64,000 nucleotides of DNA, taken from Mizuhopecten yessoensis (Eukaryota). The notes under the pieces were generated by a model, which did no database searches, was not told the DNA's origin, and was given only the letters and a program-made list of their open reading frames with translations. Shown here in pieces: positions 27,801-37,000 of this stretch (position 1 is its first letter; each line of letters starts with the position of its first letter). The translations under genes and the position numbers were made by a program. The stretch is from assembly GCF_002113885.1 (NCBI RefSeq), contig NW_018406231.1, positions 850,211-914,210 of the forward strand, written 5' to 3'.

Positions 27801-30506
27801 GAAATTTCATAATGAACTATTCCAACCTTTGAATTGGAAGAGTTCAAAATGTGTCTTTAGGGGTGAATGAGTTAAAGGGCTTTACTGTATTTCACCCTGA
27901 TGACTCTGTTTTAGTTGCTCAGTTTGGTTACCTGAAACAAATGTTCCCTTCCATTGTCATGACATAGTCCAGGGATCCACAAAACTGTGCATAACCTCTT
28001 TTTGAGGATGCATTCATTTTATTATTATTTCTTAGGTCCTGACCAAGGGGATATTCAGGCTTTCAACAAGAGACAATTATAACTACCATATTTTTACGAT
28101 CAACTGAAAAATTACTGATTCTTTAATGTAATAAGTTGTGAAAAAAATGTTGCTTAAAGAACTTCTGAAAACTGATACCTGAAACAGGAAGTATATACCG
28201 TAAAACAAGTCATTCTCATACGAATCACTTTTGTGATATTTATGGATGCATGTGATAGCAAAACAACGTTGCTAGAGCAACCAAGCTTTTCTTAAAATAG
28301 TAACACTGAGCAACCAAGCTTTTCTTAAAATAGTAACACTGAGCAACCAAGCTTTTCTTAAAATAGTAACACTGAGCAACCAAGCTTTTCTTAAAATAGT
28401 AACACTGAGCAACCAAGCTTTTCTTAAAATAGTAACACTGAGCAACCAAGCTTTTCTTAAAATAGTAACACTGAGCAACCAAGCTTTTCTTAAGATAGTA
28501 ACACTGACCTTGACCTCAGCACCATGAACTGTGAATTTGTTCAATACACAAACTGTACAATACTTAACCCTCAATTGTACGAAGTTTCATGATGATCATG
28601 TGCACAACTAGCTGCCAGCTGCCTATAATTACTTCTGTAACAAATTGATTGTTTGTTGCTATACCCTAGTTTTCACTTTGAGGAGGTGACATTACTAGAT
28701 ATTTGTCTTAGATTCACAACGCCGTTGTCAACGATGAAGCTGAAGACACTTATCCTTCTGGAACTCCTGGTCTTCGTTTTCTTTTGTTCATATTTTCCCG
28801 CTAGTTTCATCGATTTCACACTTAGGCATTCTCTTGCTGTTTTTTTTTTTAGAAAACATTCAAAAAGGCTGAATTACAATATACCAGCATAAGACGTACG
28901 TTAATCAGTGTCAGCAGTAGCTACCTACCTCGTTGAAGACTTTGTCTGGATCTTGATGGTAAGTAACAAGCTGGAGAACTGCCTCCTTTAACATTGTCTT
29001 ACTGCCCTCAGACAGGTCAACAACAACCCGACGTCTTTTACAGCAATCTTAAAATTAATTCATACAATATTAATTAAATCAATCTAACAATGTTTTTCCT
29101 GTGGGATTCTAAAGTTAATCTATACAATTAATTAAAGAAATATTAACAGCATATTGCAAAATTATTTTTCACTACACATATATATACTTATGTAACAGCT
29201 AGGAAAGAGAATAGTGTGCCTCGATCTGTCATTCCACTTGGGATCGAACCCTTGTTCTCAAGGTTCCTAGTCCGACTGAGCCAAAGGGAAACTCCCTCTA
29301 GCTCGAAGCTAGAAGGCGACCGTAATCCTATGTACCATGAAAATCTGCCACACTACTCCCATCTTTTTAAATGTGTTCGTCCTCGAACAGCACATTACCC
29401 AGGTTCTAACTCCTTGTCAACACAGGGATCAAGGGCCACGGACACCTATTTGTAACAGGAAAGAGAATAGTGTGCTTTCACCGGGGATTGAACCTGCAAC
29501 CCCTAGGTTCCTAGTTGGGTGCTCTACCATTGAGCTAAAGGGAAATTCCCTCTAGCTCGAAGCTAGAAGACGACCGTAATCCTATATGTACAAGCTGTTG
29601 AGGGAATAATTTTAACTATCAACTTCAAGGCTAGTTTTTCTTTCATTTATCCTTCTGTAATACCAATTAAACATGTCGAAATGAAGGTCAATCCTTAAAT
29701 GAAATTTATCGGAAATGACCACACAAAAATACAACTAGAAAAACAGACTTTACGAAAGGCGGAAAGTTATTCTTAAACTGTCACTGGTAAACCATGCATA
29801 AACAGCAGCCAATGATCAATTAATATACAGTTAAATTGACATAAAAGTACCATCTAGTGAAAAACACTTGTTTGCATTGCATGACAGTTTCCTAATGGGA
29901 CTCTTAAGCTTCCCCACAAATTGTCTGTTAATGGTAGATTACAGTAGTATCAAAATGAAAGGTTGAGATGGGAAGTAACTCTCAGTCATACAGTCCACTT
30001 GGTTGCTATGCATTTATATGGGAGAATGCTCCAAGTTAAAACTGCCCTTGCCTGAAGTGGAACTCTTCTTCGTGTTTATAACTTTGGCAGAGCCTGAGAG
30101 GTAAAAGTTATCTTAATAGGGCCTTTTCCCTTACAGAACAGGTGGAAAATATTGGCTTTTTTCAATGTGAATAATAATATATATTTTATGAATACCATAG
30201 AAATGGGGTTTATTTAACTCATAAGAGGACCCTTGTCTGCTCCTCCCTCTATATCTTCACCTAAAACTTAATTTTCGATAATTTTCGTCACCACCACTAG
30301 TCACTACCTTACAGTCCTTTTTGCTATTTCGTGGTTATTATTCACACTCGCGGGAAAGCTCAAAACGGGAGAAATAGCGGACACTTTTTTCTATGATACA
30401 ATGTTAAATTGCTGGTAGATGTTTCACTGGATTTGTCAGTTCACTAAATGTTAACACAGTTATATTTTCATGAAAATCTCAGCCAATTATTACCGTTAAG
30501 ATCCAT
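812..30506 (-). CDS. FANCA: Fanconi anemia group A protein homolog, 5' portion (24 coding exons, ~726 aa; gene continues beyond the window start)
   Basis: Phase-consistent exons: 30506-30494, 30093-30052, 29047-28929, 27537-27498, 26197-26052, 24823-24731, 19456-19383, 17550-17462, 14702-14629, 13463-13430, 12478-12338, 11776-11700, 11382-11244, 10099-9966, 9620-9510, 9141-9046, 8248-8201, 7419-7331, 6501-6441, 5791-5742, 5534-5458, 4902-4768, 2126-1996, 976-812. The translation contains [108 protein letters not shown] and [21 protein letters not shown]. These match vertebrate FANCA as I recall it (e.g. [32 protein letters not shown]). The first two exons and 27537-27498 are less certain. An alternative in-frame acceptor near 2168 is possible. 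Confidence 0.92.
2195..3807. repeat. Minisatellite, 73-bp unit x ~22
   Basis: Unit tatatgttctgtctatcaatacagaaacctaaataataaggacgaaaaacacttgactgaggcacacacattg; lies just upstream of a FANCA splice acceptor. Confidence 0.95.
4035..4601. mobile_element. Helentron/HINE-like element with internal ~150-bp repeats
   Basis: Starts aacaagag..ggtcatctgag, has an internal duplication (caggaccatgag at 4151 and 4302), a gacg microsatellite and the hairpin gagctaaagctc, and ends ggtgacctaaaaa. Confidence 0.7.
5171..5377. mobile_element. TA-flanked tactgta...tacagta MITE family (Tc1/mariner-like), representative copy
   Basis: Termini tactgtatactggga.. / ..cccggtatac, with internal ttcgccc/gggcgaa motifs. 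Related copies near 6966-7155, 34962-35310, 42110-42204 and 46205-46424. Confidence 0.5.
6586..6826 (-). mobile_element. tRNA-derived SINE with V-type central domain
   Basis: tRNA head (ggtggtgcagtagatagc..gcctttcacc..ggttcgattcccc), conserved core gggttttctccgggtactccggtttcctcccac, AT-rich tail. A second copy is at 54760-54995. Confidence 0.8.
8868..9025. mobile_element. Palindromic MITE-like element
   Basis: Near-perfect foldback: tgtaggatagggaattt...caaatttgg / ccaaatttg...aatttccctatcctaca. Confidence 0.55.
11859..12082 (-). mobile_element. Partial tRNA-LTR TRIM, family C
   Basis: On the minus strand: LTR end cctgttaca, PBS tggcgccc, a short internal region, PPT aggagggaggaa, then an LTR with A-box (tagctcaagtggaagagc) and B-box (ggtttgaatccc). 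Confidence 0.6.
12085..12202 (+). mobile_element. SINE 3' fragment with Meta-like core
   Basis: ggtcggtggtttttctccgggaactctggctttcctctaccac core plus tail ...aggacgtaaaacacaaacaaaccaaacc. Confidence 0.6.
13550..14078 (+). mobile_element. LINE 3' fragment with a nested short retro-insertion
   Basis: Translates to [26 protein letters not shown] (C-terminal LINE ORF2 motif) and ends aataaagaaactgaaactga. An antisense insert at ~13878-13984 is flanked by the TSD acataatctcttg. Confidence 0.6.
14883..15310. repeat. Minisatellite, ~37-bp unit x ~11
   Basis: Unit aatccaaaccttatcttactatagcccatagagggca. Confidence 0.9.
15361..15735. repeat. Minisatellite, 30-bp unit x ~12 with one foreign insertion
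   Basis: Unit cccatagtcagtttcactagggggaactat; interrupted at 15584-15612. Confidence 0.9.
16208..17413. repeat. Low-complexity tandem array of ggttgtacat / ggttgta units
   Basis: Mixed 7/10/17-bp periods. It produces stop-free ORFs in several frames. Confidence 0.95.
18448..18776. mobile_element. MITE with long TIRs and 9-bp TSD (Mutator-like)
   Basis: ~75-bp inverted arms; flanking direct repeat ggaatggac at 18439-18447 and 18777-18785. Confidence 0.7.
19973..21683. repeat. Minisatellite, 47-bp unit x ~36
   Basis: Unit ggggtcaaatttagtaggatttatggccaggttaatctagtcgtata. Confidence 0.95.
22287..22658. mobile_element. Helentron/HINE-like element (second family)
   Basis: aacaagag start, subTIR atacgcccgtc / gacggtcgtat, ggac microsatellite, hairpin accgtcagatttgacggt, terminal A-run. 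Confidence 0.65.
23624..24360. repeat. Minisatellite, 46-bp unit x 16, nearly invariant
   Basis: Unit gttataggccagaagcaatgtgtgacaatgtggaagctagacagat. Confidence 0.95.
27784..27875. mobile_element. Tiny (~90 bp) TTAA-flanked MITE, at least 6 copies in the window
   Basis: ttaaCTCATTCACCCCT...AGGGGTGAATGAGttaa. Other copies at 1880-1964 (reverse), 12731-12821, 44444-44534, 53969-54059 and 62489-62575. Confidence 0.75.
28275..28506. repeat. Minisatellite, 33-bp unit x 7
   Basis: Unit gagcaaccaagcttttcttaaaatagtaacact. Confidence 0.95.
29191..29592 (-). mobile_element. tRNA-LTR TRIM family A copy (5' LTR truncated)
   Basis: Reverse-complement match to 31796-32215, including both LTRs, the internal region, PBS and PPT. 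Confidence 0.8.
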
Positions 30507-31061
30507 AATATATCCTATGTTGTTCCGTCGTCTATCCGCCTTGCATTTGTCAAAATGGCCACCTTCATTTTCGGCGGTTGAAACGGTCCAAATAGCTTCA
30601 AAGTTTTTCGTTATCACTGAACAAACTATGGCTGAAAGTTGGTTAACCTTATAGAGAGAGCTCAGAATGCATATTTTGAGGGTTTGCTGTCAAATAGTTG
30701 GCAATAGATATATCTATATCGCGTTTTATATTACTAAATTAGTATCTTATCATTTAGGAAAGATTTAGCCGAATAAACGAAAGGACACACGTCTTCCTTC
30801 TAAATACTGAAACGAATTCCGCATAAAGTATTAAAATAATCTAAGGGAAATGTTGAACAACTTAGGTTATATGGTATATGAAAACATTTTTTTTAAAATG
30901 ATTTGCAACATGTTTAGTGTTTTTTGTTGTTATCAACAAAGGATACTTCAAGACTACCAGGTATTTGCTAGGGGATAAATATTTAGAGTGTTGAAATTAG
31001 CCCGACACCGTCGTAAAGCATCAAGGGAGAGAATTCGAAGTGGGTCTACACATCTGCCAAG
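30507..31061. promoter_or_regulatory. Probable bidirectional promoter between FANCA and NDUFB9
   Basis: Divergent start codons 555 bp apart, local CpG enrichment, and a YY1-like caaaatggcc at 30551-30560. Function is inferred. Confidence 0.55.
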
Positions 31062-34000
31062 ATGTCGTACATGAAAACTAAAGCTTTCAGTCATGCCCAG
31101 CTAGTGAAAACACTCTTCAAGAAAGTCGTAAGAGCTCACGAAACTACATGCGGCAGCAGGCAAGTTAGCATATTGGTTAAAACCAAACAACATTTTCTTA
31201 AGATGCACACGCTATTCAAGTGCCGAAGTGGACACTGATGAGTATGACCTTGCCCAAACACAGCACAGGAGCCTGACATTATGTCAAAAATTAATAACAA
31301 TAGTTATACAAAAACAATACCTATACTATGCATATTATAGGTATTTTTTGTATTACTGTTATTAATAATTTTGATAAATAATTATAATAGGAACGGCAGG
31401 CTCCTGTGCCCAAACATAGGGGTATGAAAATAGATTTTAAGATTTTTAGATTTTTCGTTGAAAATTGGCTTAGGCAGATAAGTGTGAAAATCGGCCAACC
31501 ATACCAGGAGTCTATTTATAGGTATTATTGTCAATTTCCTAATTTGTTAGCTTGATTTTCCATCTGTATTCACATTATTTTTCTCCCTAACTGAAGCACA
31601 GGGGTTCATTACAAATTTCTGAAATACACATGTGCTATATATAAACATACACATGTAACGAACCCCTGTGACTGTATCGATCGCGATCATATACAGTAAG
31701 TAATAACACAATGATGTAAATTAATATTTATAAAAAATATTTTATAAGATACCGACTGTAAATACAGGAAAACAGAATCTAAATGTTATTGCTAGTGTGG
31801 CAGGTTTTAATTGTACTTAGGATTTAAAGGTCACCTTCTAGCTTCGAGCTAGAGGGAATTTCCCTTTAGCTCAGACGTAGATCGTCCGACTAGGAACCTG
31901 GAGATAGAGGGGTCGATCCCCGGTGGAAGCACACTATTCTCTTTCCTGTTACAAATGGTGTATGTGGCCCTCCCTGTGTTGACAAGGAGTTAGAACCTGG
32001 CCATGGGTTGTGGTGTTCGAGGGCGAACACATTTAAAAAAGGGGGGAGAAGTGTGGCAGATTTAAATTGTACATAGGATTACGGTCGCCTTTTAGCTTCG
32101 AGCTAGAGGGAATGTCCCTTTAGCTCAGTCGTTGAGCGTTCGACTATAGGGACCTGGAGATGGAGGGTTTGATCCCCGGTAGAAATTCTAGCACGCTATT
32201 CTCTTTCCTGTTACACTAGCTTAAATACTTTTATTATGAATTAACTTGAGTTTTGTTTGATTTCTTCATTATTTGTTACTTCGGTAAAATATTAGCTGCT
32301 TCCTACCAACTTGGCTTGAGACAATTTCACTTCAGCTCATTTTGAAAAGCGCAATACTAGTAAGCCAGAGGTCCTGGGTTCGACTCCTAGCGGAGGCATT
32401 GAAAAAATAATCGCCTCTGTTACAATATTTTATCTATATATCTTACACTTAGGTAAGATTTGATGCAAAATAGTTAATTACGAAACCATGTGTGGTAAAA
32501 TGTTAAAGCAAAACTCATTATTTGAGGTTCAATATTTATTATTTAAACACCATTATCAAATTAAATCACCTTTTGGCCCAAATTGGATGCATTTATATAA
32601 ATATATGCGACTGGAAATGTGTAGGATTCATACTTTTAGAGGATAAAAGGCTTTTAAAAACATACCCCGAAAACTGAAAAGTTTTAGTTGCGATGCAGAT
32701 GAAAGGTTGTGGGTATGGTATTAGCTTACATGAACGTATACAGTCACCTGTGACTAGTGAGCTAAAATTGATACTTAAAATACAGAATATCCAAGGCTGA
32801 AAATTAATGTTTGCTTAATACAACTAACCTGGACAAAAAAAGCTTGCTCAAAGTATTTAATTGAAATAAACAGTTATATTTTACTGATTTTAGAATTTTT
32901 GAACTTAAGTCACTCGTATGTTAAATTATTTGTGTTTATGGTTTTTGATCTGTCATAAAACATGATTTATATTTATTTCTGACTATATTATCAAATATAA
33001 CAAAGGATGCAACAATTTAAAAAAAAAAAAAACTTTTAAAGGATTAATTTAAACTGTGGAAAAGGGGTTTGCAAATTAAATAAAAAAAATCCCTACCTAC
33101 TGTAAACATAAAATGCTTGGTTTGTTGAAGGTACTATTGTAACAGGAGAGGTAAAATGCACGGTCAGACCAGGGTTCAAACCCGGAACCCTCCGAAATCT
33201 AGACAGACGCTCTACCAAAAGAGCTATCTGGTCGCCGACAATCGACCCAGTCCAGTTCCGCTACACTCGTATAACATAACTTATAACAGGTCATTTGTCA
33301 ACTATTTTTTAACAGATGTGGTTAGGCTGTTATGCGGCGCCTGTCAAAAGTATCTTGCTGTGTTAAATCTCTAACATTGTTGGAGAAGTTATGCTGGCCT
33401 AACTGGTAAATTTACAATAACATTCTCCGATTAATATTGGTCGTTTCAGCAACATGGTTATTTTTCTGTTGTAGACTTACTTTAAGATCTGGCGCAGTGC
33501 ACATAAGAGCCATGTTTGATAGACACAAAGATGAGCGAGACATGGCGAAAGTTGAGAAAATGATGGAGCAAGCTGAGCGTTATATACACTGGGTTGTCCC
33601 CAAAAGGAAACAGTGTAAGTAAAATGATGGAGCAAGCTGAACGTTATATACACTGGGTTGTCCCCAAAAGGAAACAGTGTAAGTAAAATGATGGAGCAAG
33701 CTGAACGTTATATAAACTGGGTTGTCCCCAAAAGGAAACAGTGTAAGAAAAATGATGGAGCATGCTGAACGTTATATACACTGGGTTGTCCCCAAAAGGA
33801 AACATTGTAAGTATAATGATGGAGCATGCTGGACGTTATATATACTGGGTTGTCCCCAAAAGGAAACAGTGTAAGTAAAATGATGGAGCAAGCTGAACGT
33901 TATATACACTGGGTTGTCCCCAAAAGGAAACAGTGTAAATAAAATGATGGAGCAAAGCTGAACGTTATATACACTGGGTTGTCCCCAAAAGGAAGCAATG

Positions 34001-37000
34001 TAAGTAAAATGATGGAGCATGCTTGACGTTATATATACTGGGTTGTCCCCTAAAGGAAACAGTGTAAGTAAAATGATGGAGCAAGCTTGACGTTATATAT
34101 ACTGGGTTGTCCCCTAAAGGAAACAGTGTAAGGAAAATGATGGAGCAAGCTGCACGTTATATACACTGGGGTGTCCCCAAAAGGAAACAGTGTAAGTAAA
34201 ACGATGGATCAAGCTGAACGTTATATACACTGGGTTGTCCCCAAAAGGAAACGGCGTAAGTAAAATGATGGAGCATGCTTGACGTTATATATACTGGGTT
34301 GTCCCCAAAAGGAAACAGTGTAAGTAAAATGATGGAGCATGCTTGACGTTATATATACTGGGTTGTCCCCAAAAGGAAACAGTGTAAGTAAAATGATGGA
34401 GCAAGCTGAACGTTATATACACTGGGTTGTCCCCAAAAGGAAACGGTGTAAGTAAAATGATGGAGCAAGCTGAACGTTATATACACTGGGTTGTCCCCAA
34501 ATGGGAAACAGTGTAAGTAAAATGATGGAGCAAGCTGAACGTTATATACACTGGGTTGTCCCCAAAAGGAAACGGTGTAAGTAAAATGATGGAGCAAGCT
34601 GAACGTTATATACACTGGGTTGTCCCCAAATGGGAAACAGTGTAAGTAAAATGATGGAGCAAGCTGAACGTTATATACACTGGGTTGTCCCCAAAAGGAA
34701 ACGGTGTAAGTAAAATGATGGAGCAAGCTGAACGTTATATACACTGGGTTGTCCCCAAATGGGAAACAGTGTAAGTAAAATGATGGAGCAAGCTGAACGT
34801 TATATACACTGGGTTGTCCCCAAAAGGAAACGGTGTAAGTAAAATGATGGAGCATGTTGAACGTTATATACACTGGGTTGTCCCCAAATGGGAAACAGTG
34901 TAAGTAAAATGATATTGAACTTTTAAAATAAAAAAAATAAAAATATATACTCAAATTTAACTACTGTGTACCAGAAAAGTTTTGCTTCATCAAACTTTTG
35001 CCCTTCATATCAGGGATAATCCTGGAGGGGGCAAAGGGGCCACATGACCCCTCAAAACTGAAACTGACCCCTTCATGTTCCAGTTTTCTTTTAATTTCAC
35101 ATAGAATGGCCGGCCCCTCTTAATTTTGATATGGACTTAAAATTGCTGAAAATGGCCCACATCTCTCAAATTCCAGGATTTTCCCTGTACAATCAATAAC
35201 GATGTATATTTTTTGTATCAATATTCGCTGTAATGATAAATTCACCATCAGTATGAACGGTAAGAAAGGGGAAAAGTAACCCGCAGCACAAGTTTCCTGG
35301 TATACAGCAGCATCCAAGTTATGACTTTTTCAGATTTCCTGATCTGTCATTTTGAGCTTTTTATATTTGAATTATATCCTGGTGTATGACATTGTGTTGT
35401 CTTTATTTATCTTTAAATCGCCGTAGTCCAGAATGACGAGGAGATTTTGACTGAAGGATCTTGTACACAGTAACACTTTCATTTAAGGGAATATAGTCTA
35501 TTTCTGGAGTTCAGTGCTGTGTATCACAAGGGTTGTGAAGATATTAAACGTATCACAATACTTGTCACCAACTTGTGTACAAACTGTTACCATAGTTTTC
35601 CTAGATTTGAAACAAACCTTGATAAGAAACAAATCTTAAGTGTTTGTATTTCCTGCTGAATTAATTTTAATTTTTTAAGTGATCTATCTCCTAAATTGTA
35701 AAGCATAATAAAGCAATTTTTATTTTTGAAATAATGTGGTGGTTTTTTTGATAGAACAAGAGGAAATTAATGCATAAGTGAAGGGCCATAACCCATACAA
35801 ACCTTTTATAAAGTATCACAATACTTTCGACGACTGCCATGATGCATCAGCACACAAGTATGATAGGTTAGCACACCAGTGAATCCTTGAATTGTGTAGA
35901 CATACAGTTACAGTGCATGTTAACTGCCGTTCAGTTTTATACCGAGTTATACCAATCTATACCATTATGGTTGTTTATCGATGTGTTCCTCTATTTATAC
36001 AAAAAAATGTAGTTGCAAAAAAAGTGTGCAAAATTCCTTAGGGATGTTGAATACATTGCATTATTTCTGCTTGCAGATGATCATTGTCCCGGAGGAATAG
36101 CCCATGGGAGATACGAGGTTTCCCCGGATATGGTAAGCAGCGTTTTAAAATGTTGAATATTGTGCTTTAGTGATAATACTGTATAACCTGAAATGTTCGT
36201 TGTGTATACACATTCGTGGTTTTCGTGGTTGCTATTAAACCACGAAAATAAATAGAATTAATTTGAATGATATATGTATCCACTGTCTGTTGATATAGGA
36301 TATCCACGAAAGTTTGTACCACGAAACGATCTAAAGGGCTTCAAACCATGAAGGAAAGTACCCACGATCCTATTTTAGGAAATTTTTCTAATCACCCAAG
36401 TTAGAATCTCGCTCCGACCCCAAACTTTGATATATATTGCCAAGTCACTTCACTCCCATAGCAGTCCTCTTCTCATTTCAACAAATTTTAACAAAAATCC
36501 ATATTTCAACTCCGGTGACATGTATATAGCAAAAAGTGCTTATAGTATCACAAACATAAGCCCTGTTATGTGACAATATGCAGTCTAGAGAACACTATCT
36601 TTCTGTTATGCTGATGTCATACCTTATGTCATGATCTTCAAAGCCAGGTTTGGTCCCCAGAATGTCATATGACATTGGTGAAACATTCACATAATATTGC
36701 TTAGTTTTAATGGTAAAATAAATATTTGTCCAGTGTCCAGGGTTAGAGTTAGTATTTTTGTTTGGTAGTGCTCTGGACTGGCTGAATAGATTGTTTGATA
36801 ATCCTACGTAAATGCATCTAGTCAAACAAGAAATCCTACGTTAATGTACCTAGTCAAACAAGTAATCCTCCGTTACTGTATCTAGTCAAACAAGCAATCC
36901 TACGTTAATGTATCTAATCAAACAAGCAATCCTACGTTAATGTACCTAGTCAAACAAGTAATCCTACATTAATGTATCTAGTCAAACAAGTAATCCTACG

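Noticed and set aside
28508-28527. Possible FANCA micro-exon (HGAEVK) next to the 33-bp array
   Set aside because: It breaks phase with the best upstream donor (28929) and has no recognisable homology; it would need a weaker alternative donor.
31860-31930. Functional tRNA genes (here and at other A/B-box hits)
   Set aside because: Cloverleafs are degenerate and embedded in LTRs or SINE heads.
34349-34954. 201-aa repetitive ORF on the minus strand
   Set aside because: Antisense translation of the 129-bp higher-order repeat inside an NDUFB9 intron.
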